This document shows, in pieces, positions 48,801 through 63,800 of a stretch of DNA of 64,000 bases. Origin of the DNA: Eledone cirrhosa. Taxonomy: Eukaryota. Each line of letters begins with the position of its first letter. The first letter of the stretch is position 1. The notes under the pieces are model-generated. The model ran no database searches and was not told where the DNA came from. It was given only the letters and a program-made list of their open reading frames with translations. A program made the position numbers and the translations under genes. The DNA lies in contig OZ024756.1 of assembly GCA_964016885.1 (NCBI GenBank), forward strand, positions 4,464,001-4,528,000, read 5' to 3'.

Positions 48801-51800
48801 ATATACTCGAGATATACTGAAGATATATTGGAGATATACTAAGATATACTGGAGAAATACTGGAGATATATACTGGGGATATACTGAAGATATACTGGGG
48901 TATACTGCAGATATACTGGGGTATACTGTAGATATACTGGAGATATACTGGAGATATACTGGAGATATACTGGAGATATACTGGAAATATACTGGAGATA
49001 TACTGGAGATATACTGGAGATATACTGGAGATATACTGGACATATACTGGACATATACTGGAGATATACTGGAAATATACTGGAGATATACTGGAGATAT
49101 ACAGAAGATATATTGGAGATATACTAAGATATACTGGAGAAATACTGGAGATATATACTGGGGATATACTGAAGATATACTGGGGTATACTGTAGATATA
49201 CTGGATATATACTGGAGATATACTGGGGATATACTGGAGATATACTGGAGATATACTGGAGATATGCTGGAGATATACTGGATATATACTGGAGATATAC
49301 TAGAGATATACTGGAGATATACTGGGGATATACTGGAGATATACAGGAGATATACTACAGATATACTGGATATATACTGTGGTTATACTGGAGATAAACT
49401 GGAGATAAACTGGAGATATACTGGAGATATACTGGAGATATACTGGAGATATACGGGAGATATACTGGAGATATACTGGAGATATACTGGAGATATACTG
49501 GAGATATACTGGAGATACACTGGGGATACACTGGAGATATAGTGGTGATATACTGGAGATATACTGGGGATATACTGGAAATCTACAGGAGATAAACAGG
49601 AGATACACTGGAGATATAGTGGAGATATAGTGGATATATACTGGAGATATATTGGAGATATACCGGAAATATACTGGATATATTCTGGAGATATATTGCA
49701 GATATACTGGAGATAAACTGGAGATACACTGGAGATATAGTGAAGATATACTGGAGATATACTGGAGATATTCTGGACATATACTGGAGATATACTCGAG
49801 ATATACTGAAGATATATTAGAGATATATGAAGATATACTGGAGAAATACTGGAGATATATACTGGGGATATACTGAAGATATACTGGGGTATACTGTAGA
49901 TATACTGGGGTATACTGTAGATATACTAGAGATATACTGGAGATATACTGGAGATATACTGGAGATATACTGGAGATATAGTGGACATATACTGGAGATA
50001 TACTGGAGATATACTGGAGATATAGTGGACATATACTGGAGATATACAGGAGATATACTGAAATATAATTGGAGATATACTGCAGGTATACTGGAGATAT
50101 ACTAGAGATATACTGGAGATATATACTGGGGATATACTGAAGATATACTGGGGTATACTGTAGATATACTGGGGTATACTGTAGATATACTAGAGATATA
50201 CTGGAGATATACTGGAGATATACTGGAGATATACTGGAGATATACTGGAGATATACTGGAGATATACTGGAGATATACTGGACATATACTGTAGATATAC
50301 TGGAGATATACTGAAGTTATATAGAAGATATATTGGAGATATACTAAGATATAGTGTAGAAATACTGGAGATATATACTGGGGATATACTGAAGATATAC
50401 TGGGGTATACTGTAGATATACTGTAGATATACTGGAGATATACTGGGGATATACTGGAGATATACTGGAGATATACTGGAGATATACTGGAGATATACAG
50501 GAGATATACTACAGATATACTGGATATATACTGTGGTTATACTGGAGATAAACTGGAGATAAACTGGAGATAAGCTGGAGATAAACTGGAGATATACTGG
50601 AGATATACTGGAGATATACTGGAGATATACTGGAGATATACTGGAGATATACAGGAGATATACAGGAGATACACTGGAGATACACTGGAGATATACTGGA
50701 GATATACTGGGGATATACTGGAGATATACAGGAGATACACTGGAGACATATTGAAGATATACTGTAGATATACTGGAGATATACTGGAGATATACTAGAG
50801 ATATACTGGAGATATACTGGGGATATACTGGAGATATACAGGAGAGATACTATAGATATACTGGATATATACTGTGGTTATACTGGAGATATACAGGAGA
50901 TATACTGGAGATATACTGGAGATATACTGGAGATATACTGGAGATATACTGGAGATATACTGGAGATTTACTGGAGATATAGTTGAGATATACTCGAGAT
51001 ATACTGGAGATATACTGGAGATATACTGGAGATATACTGGAGATATAGTGGACATATACTGGAGATATACTGGAGATATACTGGAGATATAGTGGACATA
51101 TACTGGAGATATACAGGAGATATACTGAAATATAATTGGAGATATACTGCAGGTATACTGGAGATATACTAGAGATATACTGGAGATATACTGGACATAT
51201 ACTGGAGATATACTCGAGATATACTGAAGATATATTGGAGATATACTAAGATATACTGGAGAAATACTGGAGATATATACTGGGGATATACTGAAGATAT
51301 ACTGGGGTATACTGCAGATATACTGGGGTATACTGTAGATATACTGGAGATATACTGGAGATATACTGGAGATATACTGGAGATATACTGGAAATATACT
51401 GGAGATATACTGGAGATATACTGGAGATATACTGGAGATATACTGGACATATACTGGACATATACTGGAGATATACTGGAAATATACTGGAGATATACTG
51501 GAGCTATACAGAAGATATATTGGAGATATACTAAGATATACTGGAGAAATACTGGAGATATATACTGGGGATATACTGAAGATATACTGGGGTATACTGT
51601 AGATATACTGGATATATACTGGAGATATACTGGGGATATACTGGAGATATACTGGAGATATACTGGAGATATGCTGGAGATATACTGGAGATATACTGGA
51701 GATATACTAGAGATATACTGGAGATATACTGGGGATATACTGGAGATATACAGGAGATATACTACAGATATACTGGATATATACTGTGGTTATACTGGAG

Positions 51801-54800
51801 ATAAACTGGAGATAAACTGGAGATATACTGGAGATATACTGGAGATATACTGGAGATATACGGGAGATATACTGGAGATATACTGGAGATATACTGGAGA
51901 TATACTGGAGATATACTGGAGATACACTGGGGATACACTGGAGATATAGTGGTGATATACTGGAGATATACTGGGGATATACTGGAAATCTACAGGAGAT
52001 AAACAGGAGATACACTGGAGATATAGTGGAGATATAGTGGATATATACTGGAGATATATTGGAGATATACCGGAAATATACTGGATATATTCTGGAGATA
52101 TATTGCAGATATACTGGAGATAAACTGGAGATACACTGGAGATATAGTGAAGATATACTGGAGATATACTGGAGATATTCTGGACATATACTGGAGATAT
52201 ACTCGAGATATACTGAAGATATATTAGAGATATATGAAGATATACTGGAGAAATACTGGAGATATATACTGGGGATATACTGAAGATATACTGGGGTATA
52301 CTGTAGATATACTGGGGTATACTGTAGATATACTAGAGATATACTGGAGATATACTGGAGATATACTGGAGATATACTGGAGATATACTGGAGATATACT
52401 GGAGATATACTGGAGATATACTGGACATATACTGTAGATATACTGGAGATATACTGAAGTTATATAGAAGATATATTGGAGATATACTAAGATATAGTGT
52501 AGAAATACTGGAGATATATACTGGGGATATACTGAAGATATACTGGGGTATACTGTAGATATACTGTAGATATACTGGAGATATACTGGGGATATACTGG
52601 AGATATACTGGAGATATACTGGAGATATACTGGAGATATACAGGAGATATACTACAGATATACTGGATATATACTGTGGTTATACTGGAGATAAACTGGA
52701 GATAAACTGGAGATAAGCTGGAGATAAACTGGAGATATACTGGAGATATACTGGAGATATACTGGAGATATACTGGAGATATACTGGAGATATACAGGAG
52801 ATATACAGGAGATACACTGGAGATACACTGGAGATATACTGGAGATATACTGGGGATATACTGGAGATATACAGGAGATACACTGGAGACATATTGAAGA
52901 TATACTGTAGATATACTGGAGATATACTGGAGATATACTAGAGATATACTGGAGATATACTGGGGATATACTGGAGATATACAGGAGAGATACTATAGAT
53001 ATACTGGATATATACTGTGGTTATACTGGAGATATACAGGAGATATACTGGAGATATACTGGAGATATACTGGAGATATACTGGAGATATACTGGAGATA
53101 TACTGGAGATATACTGGAGATTTACTGGAGATATAGTTGAGATATACTCGAGATATACTGGAGATATACTGGAGATATACTGGAGATATACTGGAGATAT
53201 AGTGGACATATACTGGAGATATACTGGAGATATACTGGAGATATAGTGGACATATACTGGAGATATACAGGAGATATACTGAAATATAATTGGAGATATA
53301 CTGCAGGTATACTGGAGATATACTAGAGATATACTGGAGATATACTGGACATATACTGGAGATATACTCGAGATATACTGAAGATATATTGGAGATATAC
53401 TAAGATATACTGGAGAAATACTGGAGATATATACTGGGGATATACTGAAGATATACTGGGGTATACTGCAGATATACTGGGGTATACTGTAGATATACTG
53501 GAGATATACTGGAGATATACTGGAGATATACTGGAGATATACTGGAAATATACTGGAGATATACTGGAGATATACTGGAGATATACTGGAGATATACTGG
53601 ACATATACTGGACATATACTGGAGATATACTGGAAATATACTGGAGATATACTGGAGATATACAGAAGATATATTGGAGATATACTAAGATATACTGGAG
53701 AAATACTGGAGATATATACTGGGGATATACTGAAGATATACTGGGGTATACTGTAGATATACTGGATATATACTGGAGATATACTGGGGATATACTGGAG
53801 ATATACTGGAGATATACTGGAGATATGCTGGAGATATACTGGAGATATACTGGAGATATACTGGAGATATACTGGAGATATACTGGGGATATACTGGAGA
53901 TATACAGGAGATATACTACAGATATACTGGATATATACTGTGGTTATACTGGAGATAAACTGGAGATAAACTGGAGATATACTGGAGATATACTGGAGAT
54001 ATACTAGAGATATACGGGAGATATACTGGAGATATACTGGAGATATACTGGAGATATACTGGAGATATACTGGAGATACACTGGGGATACACTGGAGATA
54101 TAGTGGTGATATACTGGAGATATACTGGGGATATACTGGAAATCTACAGGAGATAAACAGGAGATACACTGGAGATATAGTGGAGATATAGTGGAGATAT
54201 ACTGGAGATATACTGGAGATATACTGGAGATATTCTGGAGACATATTGAAGATATACTGTAGATATACTGGAGATATACTGGAGATATACTAGAGATATA
54301 CTGGAGATATACTGGGGATATACTGGAGATATACAGGAGATATACTACAGATATACTGGATATATACTGTGGTTATACTGGAGATATACTGGAGATATAC
54401 TGGAGATATACTAGAGATATACTGGAGATATACTGGAGATATACTGGAGATATCCTGTAGATATACTGGAGATATACTGTAGATATACTGGACATATACT
54501 GGAGATATACTGGAGATATGCTGAAGATATATTGGAGATATACTGGAGATATATACTGGGGATATATTCTAGATATACTGGGGCATACTGGAGATATACT
54601 AGGGAAATACTGGAGATATACTGGGGATATACTGGGGATATACTGGAGATATACAGGAGATATACTGGAGTATACTGTAGATATACTGGGGTATACTGTA
54701 GATATACTGGAGATATACTGGAGATATACTGGAGATATACTGGACATATACTGGAGATATACTGGAGATATACTGGAGATATACAGGAGATATACAGAAG

Positions 54801-57800
54801 ATATATTGGAGATATACTAAGATATACTGGAGAAATACTGGAGATATACTGGAGATATACTAGAGATATACTGGAGATATACTGGGGATATACTGGAGAT
54901 ATACAGAAGATATATTGGAGATATACTAAGTTATACTGGAGAAATACTGGAGATATACTGGAGATATACTAGAGATATACTGGAGATATACTGGGGATAT
55001 ACTGGAGATATACCGGAGAGATACTATAGATATACTGGATATATACTGTGGTTATACTGGAGATATACAGGAGATATACTGGAGATATACTGGAGATATA
55101 CTGGAGATATACTGGAGATATACTGGAGATATACTGGAGATTTACTGGAGATATAGTTGAGATATACTCGAGATATACTGGAGATATACAGGAGATATAC
55201 TGGAGATATAGTGGACATATACTGGAGATATACTGGAGATATACTGAAATATAATTGGAGATATACTGCAGGTATACTGGAGATAGACTAGAGATATACT
55301 GGAGATATACTGGATATATACTGGAGATATACTCGAGATATACTGACGATATATTGGAGATATACTAAGATATACTGGAGAAATACTGGAGATATATACT
55401 GGGGATATACTGAAGATATACTGGGGTATACTGTAGATATACTGGGGTATACTGTAGATATACTGGAGATATACTGGAGATATACTGGAGATATACTGGA
55501 GATATACTGGAGATATACAGAAGATATATTGGAGATATACTAAGATATACTGGAGAAATACTGGAGATATATACTGGGGATATACTGAAGATATACTGGG
55601 GTATACTGGAAATATACTGGAGATATACTGGAGATATACTGGAGATATATTGGAGATATACTGGAGATATACTGGATATATTCTGGAGATATATTGCAGA
55701 TATACTGGAGATATACTGGAGATATACAGGAGATATACTGGAGATATACTGGAGATATACTGGAGATATACTGGAGATATACTGGAGATATACTGGAGAT
55801 ATACTGGAGATATACTGGACATATACTGGAGATATACTGGAGATATACTGGACATATACTGTAGATATACTGGAGATATACTGGAGATATACTGAAGTTA
55901 TACAGAAGATATATTGGAGATATACTAAGATATAGTGTAGAAATACTGGAGATATATACTGGGGATATACTGAAGAAATACTGGGGTATACTGTAGATAT
56001 ACTGTAGATATACTGGAGATATACTGGGGATATACTGGAGATATACTGGAGATATACGACAGATATACTGGATATATACTGTGGTTATACTGGAGATAAA
56101 CTGGAGATAAACTGGAGATATACTGGAGATATACTGGAGATTTACTGGAGATACACTGGAGATATACAGGAGATACACTGGAGATGCACTGGAGATATAG
56201 TGGAGATATACTGGAGATATACTGGAGATATCCTGGAGATATACTGGAGATATACTGGAGATATACAGGAGATATACAGGAGATACACTGGAGATACACT
56301 GGAGATATACTGGAGATATACTGGGGATATACTGGAGATATACAGGAGATACACTGGAGATACACTGGAGATATAGTGGAGATATACTGGAGATATACTG
56401 GAGATATACTGGAGATATACTGGAGACATATTGAAGATATACTGTAGATATACTGGAGATATACTGGAGACATACTAGAGATATACTGGAGATATACTGG
56501 GGATATACTGGAGATATACTGGAGAGATACTATATATATACTGGATATATACTGTGGTTATACTGGAGATATACAGGAGATATACTGGAGATATACTGGA
56601 GATATACTGGAGATATACTGGAGATATACTGGAGATATACTGGAGATATACTGGAGATTTACTGGAGATATAGTTGAGATATACTCGAGATATACTGGAG
56701 ATATACTGGAGATATACTGGAGATATACTGGAGATATAGTGGACATATACTGGAGATATACTGGAGATATACTGGAGATATAGTGGACATATACTGGAGA
56801 TATACGGGAGATATACTGAAATATAATTGGAGATATACTGCAGGTATACTGGAGATATACTAGAGATATACTGGAGATATACTGGAGATATACTGGACAT
56901 ATACGGGAGATATACTCGAGATATACTGAAGATATATTGGAGATATACTAAGATATACTGGAGAAATACTGGAGATATATACTGGGGATATACTGAAGAT
57001 ATACTGGGGTATACTGTAGATATACTGGATATATATACTGCAGATATACTGGGGATATACTGGAGATATACTGGGGTATACTGTAGATATACTGGGGTAT
57101 ACTGTAGATATACTGGAGATATACTGGAGATATACTGGAGATATACTGGAGATATACTGGAGATATACTGGAAATATACTGGAGATATACTGGAGATATA
57201 CAGAAGATATATTGGAGATATACTAAGATATACTAGGGAAATACTGGAGATATATACTGGGGATATACTGAAGATATACTGGGGTATACTGTAGATATAC
57301 TGGATATATATACTGCAGATATACTGGGGATATACTGGAGATATACTGGAGATATACTGGAGATATACTGGAGATATACTGGAGATATACTAGAGATATA
57401 CTGGAGACATACTGGGGATATACTGGAGATATACAGGAGATATACTACAGATATACTGGATATATACTGTGGTTATACTGGAGATAAACTGGAGATAAAC
57501 TGGAGATATACTGGAGATATACTGGAGATATACTGGAGATATACTGGAGATATAGTGGAGATATATTGAAGATATACTGTAGATATACTGGAGATATACT
57601 GGAGATATACTAGAGATATACTGGAGATATACTGGAGATATACTGGAGATACACTGGGGATACACTGGAGATATAGTGGTGATATAATGGAGATATACTG
57701 GGGATATACTGGAGATATACAGGAGATACACAGGAGATACACTGGAGATATACTGGAGATATACTGGAGATATACTGGAGATATACTAGAGATATACTGG

Positions 57801-60800
57801 AGATATACTGGGGATATACTGGGGATATACTGGAGATATACAGGAGATATACTACAGATATACTGGATATATACTGTGGTTATACTGGAGATATACAGTA
57901 GATATACTGGAGATATACTGGAGATATACTGGAGATATCCTGGAGATATACTGTAGATATACTGGACATATACTGGAGATATACTCGAGATATACTGAAG
58001 ATATACTGGATATATACTGGAGATATATACTGGGGATATATTCTAGATATACTGGGGTATACTGGAGATATACTAGGGAAATACTGGAGATATACTGGGG
58101 ATATACTGGAGATATATTGGAGATATACTGGAGATATACTGGATATATTCTGGAGATATACTGCAGATATACTGGAGATACACTGGAGATACACTGGAGA
58201 TATAGTGGAGATATAGAGGAGATATACTGGAGATATACTGGAGATATACTGGAGATATACTGGAGATATTCTGGACATATACTGGAGATATACTCGAGAT
58301 ATACTGAAGATATATTGGAGATATACGAAGATATACTGGAGAAATACTGGAGATATATACTGGGGATATACTGAAGATATACTGGGGTATACTATAGATA
58401 TACTGGGGTATACTGTAGATATACTGGAGATATACTGGAGATATACTGGAGATATACTGGAGATATACTGGAGACATATTGAAGATATACTCTAGATATA
58501 CTGGAGATATACTGGAGATATACTGGAGGTATACTGGAGATATACTGGAGATATACAGAAGATATATTGGAGATATACTAAGATATACTGGAGATATACT
58601 GGAGATATACTGGAGGTATACTGGAGATATACTGGAGATATACTGGGGATATACTGGAGATATACTGGAGACATATTGAAGATATACTGGAGATATACTG
58701 GAGATATACTGGAGATATACTGGAGGTATACTGGAGATATACTGGAGATATACTGGGGATATACTGGAGATATACAGAAGATATATTGGAGATAAACTAA
58801 GATATACTGGAGATATACTGGAGATATACAGAAGATATATTGGAGATATACTAAGATATAGTAGAGAAATACTGGAGATATATACTGGGGATATACTGAA
58901 GATATACTGGGGTATACTGTAGATATACTGTAGATATACTGGAGATATACTGGGGATATACTGGAGATATACTGGAGATATACTGGAGATATACTGGAGA
59001 TATACTGGGGATATACTAGAGATATACTGGAGATATACTGGGGATATACTGGAGATATACAGGAGATATACTACAGATATACTGGATATATACTGTGGTT
59101 ATACTGGAGATAAACTGGAGATAAACTGGAGATAAACTGGAAATAAACTGGAGATATACTGGAGATATACTGGAGATTTACTGGAGATATACTGGAGATA
59201 TACTGGAGATATACTGGAGACATATTGAAGATATACTGTAGATATACTGGAGATATACTGGAGATATACTAGAGATATACTGGAGATTTACTGGGGATAT
59301 ACTGGAGATATACAGGAGAGATACTATAGATATACTGGATATATACTGTGGTTATACTGGAGATATACAGGAGATATACTGGAGATTTACTGGAGATATA
59401 CTGGAGATATACTGGAGATATAGTGGACATATACTGGAGATATACGGGAGATATACTGAAATATAATTGGAGATATACTGCAGGTATACTGGAGATATAC
59501 TAGAGATATACTGGAGATATACTGGACATATACTGGAGATATACTCGAGATATACTGAAGATATATTGGAGATATACTAAGATATACTGGAGAAATACTG
59601 GAGATATATACTGGGGATATACTGAAGATATACTGGGGTATACTGTAGATATACTGGGATATACTGTAGATATACTGGAGATATACTGGAGATATACTGG
59701 AGATATACTGGAGATATACAGGAGATATACAGGAGATACACCGGAGATACACTGGAGATATACTGGAGATATACTGGAGATATACTGGAGATATACTGGA
59801 GATATACTGGAGATATACTGGAGACATATTGAAGATATACTGTAGATATACTGGAGATATACTGGAGATATACTAGAGATATACTGGAGATATACTGGGG
59901 ATATACTGGAGATATACAGGAGAGATACTATAGATATACTGGATATATACTGTGGTTATACTGGAGATATACAGGAGATATACTGGAGATATACTGGAGA
60001 TATACTGGAGATATACTGGAGATATACTGGAGATATAGTGGACATATACTGGAGATATACTGGAGATATACTGGAGATATAGTGGACATATACTGGAGAT
60101 ATACGGGAGATATACTGAAATATAATTGGAGATATACTGCAGGTATACTGGAGAAATACTGGAGATATATACTGGGGATATACTGAAGATATACTGGGGT
60201 ATACTGTAGATATACTGGGGTATACTGTAGATATACTGGAGATATACTGGAGATATACTGGAGATATACTGGAGATATACTGGAGATATACTTGAAATAT
60301 ACTGGAGATATACTGGAGATATACTGGAGATATACTGGAGATATACTGGACATATACTGGAGATATACTGGACATATACTGGAGATATACTGGAAATATA
60401 GTGGAGATATACTGGAGATATACAGAAGATATATTGGAGATATACTAAGATATACTGGAGAAATACTGGAGATATATACTGGGGATATACTGAAGATATA
60501 CTGGGGTATACTGTAGATATACTGGGGTATACTGTAGATATACTGGAGATATACTGGAGATATACTGGAGATATACTGGAGATATACTGGATATATACTG
60601 GAAATATATTGGAGATATACTGGAGATATACAGAAGATATATTGGAGATATACTAAGATATACTGGGGAAATACTGGAGATATATACTGGGGATATACTG
60701 AAGATATACTGGGGTATACTGTAGATATACTGGATATATATACTGCAGATATACTGGGGATATACTGGAGATATACTGGAGATATACTGGAGATATACTG

Positions 60801-63800
60801 GAGATATACTGGAGATATAGTAGAGATATACTGGAGATATACTGGGTATATACTGGAGATATACAGGAGATATACTACAGATATACTGGATATATACTGT
60901 GGTTATACTGGAGATAAACTGGAGATAAACTGGAGATATACTGGAGATATACTGGAGATATACTGGAGATATACTGGATATATACTGGAGATACACTGGA
61001 GATACACTGGGGATACACTGGAGATATAGTGGTGATATAATGGAGATATACTGGGGATATACTGGAGATACATAGGAGATACACTGGAGATATAGTGGTG
61101 ATATAATGGAGATATACTGGAGATATACAGGAGATACACAGGAGATACACTGGAGATATAGTGGAGATATAGTGGAGATATACTGGAGATATACTGGAGA
61201 TATACTGGAGATATACTGGAGACATATTGAAGATATACTGTAGATATACTGGAGATATACTGGAGATATACTAGAGATATACTGGAGATATACTGGGGAT
61301 ATACTGGAGATATACTAGAGATATACTGGATATATACTGTGGTTATACTGGAGATATACAGGAGATATACTGGAGATATACTGGAGATATACTGGAGATA
61401 TCCTGGAGATATACTGGAGATATACTGGAGATTTACTGGAGATATAGTCGAGATATACTCGAGATATACTGGATATATACTGGAGATATACTGGAGATAT
61501 ACTGGAGATATACTGGAGATATACTGGAGATATACTGGAGATATACAGAAGATATATTGGAGATATACTAAGATATAGTGGAGAAATACTGGAGATATAT
61601 ACTGGGGATATACTGTAGATATACTGTAGATATACTGGAGATATACTGGGGATATACTGGAGGTATACTGGAGATATACTGGAGATATACTGGAGATATA
61701 CTGGAGATATACTAGAGATATACTGGAGATATACTGGGGATATACTGGAGATATACAGGAGATATACTACAGATATACTGGAGATATACTGGGGATATAC
61801 TGGAGATAAACTGGAGATAAACTGGAGATAAACTGGAAATAAACTGGAGATATACTGGAGATATACTGGAGATATACTGGAGATATACTGGAGATATACT
61901 GGAGGTATACTGGAGATATACTGGAGATATACTGGACATATACTGGAGATATACTGGAAATATACTGGAGATATACTGGAGATATACAGAAGATATATTG
62001 GAGATATACTAAGATATAATGTAGAAATACTGGAGATATATACTGGGGATATACTGAAGATATACTGGGGTATACTGGAAATATACTGGAGATATACTGG
62101 ATATATACTGGAGATATATTGGAGATATACCGGAGATATACTGGATATATTCTGGAGATATATTGCAGATATACTGGAGATAAACTGGAGATACACTGGA
62201 GATATAGTGAAGATATACTGGAGATATACTGGAGATATTCTGGAAATATACTGGAGATATACTCGAGATATACTGAAGATATATTAGAGATATATGAAGA
62301 TATACTGGAGAAATACTGGAGATATATACTGGGGATATACTGAAGATATACTGGGGTATACTGTAGATATACTGGGGTATACTGTAGATATACTGGAGAT
62401 ATACTGGAGATATACTGGAGATATACTGGAGATATACTGGAGATATACTGGAGATATACTGGAGATATACTGGAGATATACTGGACATATACTGTAGATA
62501 TACTGGAGATATACTGAAGTTATATAGAAGATATATTGGAGATATACTAAGATATAGTGTAGAAATACTGGAGATATATACTGGGGATATACTGAAGATA
62601 TACTGGGGTATACTGTAGATATACTGTAGATATACTGGAGATATACTGGGGATATACTGGAGATATACTGGAGATATACTGGAGATATACGGGAGATATA
62701 CAGGAGATATACTACAGATATACTGGATATATACTGTGGTTATACTGGAGATAAACTGGAGATAAACTGGAGATAAGCTGGAGATAAACTGGAGATATAC
62801 TGGAGATATACTGGAGATATACTGGAGATATACTGGAGATATACTGGAGATATACAGGAGATATACAGGAGATACACTGGAGATACACTGGAGATATACT
62901 GGAGATATACTGGGGATATACTGGAGATATACAGGAGATATACTAGAGATATACTGGAGATATACTGGGGATATACTGGAGATATACAGGAGAGATACTA
63001 TAGATATACTGGATATATACTGTGGTTATACTGGAGATATACAGGAGATATACTGGAGATATACTGGAGATATACTGGAGATATACTGGAGATATACTGG
63101 AGATATACTGGAGATATACTGGAGATATACTGGAGATTTACTGGAGATATAGTTGAGATATACTCGAGATATACTGGAGATATACTGGAGATATACTGGA
63201 GATATACTGGAGATATAGTGGACATATACTGGAGATATACTGGAGATATACTGGAGATATAGTGGACATATACTGGAGATATACAGGAGATATACTGAAA
63301 TATAATTGGAGATATACTGCAGGTATACTGGAGATATACTAGAGATATACTGGAGATATACTGGACATATACTGGAGATATACTCGAGATATACTGAAGA
63401 TATATTGGAGATATACTAAGATATACTGGAGAAATACTGGAGATATATACTGGGGATATACTGAAGATATACTGGGGTATACTGTAGATATACTGGATAT
63501 ATACTGGAGATATACTGGGGATATACTGGAGATATACTGGAGATATACTGGAGATATGCTGGAGATATACTGGAGATATACTGGAGATATACTAGAGATA
63601 TACTGGAGATATACTGGGGATATACTGGAGATATACAGGAGATATACTACAGATATACTGGATATATACTGTGGTTATACTGGAGATAAACTGGAGATAA
63701 ACTGGAGATATACTGGAGATATATTGGAGATATACTGGAGATATACGGGAGATATACTGGAGATATACTGGAGATATACTGGAGATATACTGGAGATATA

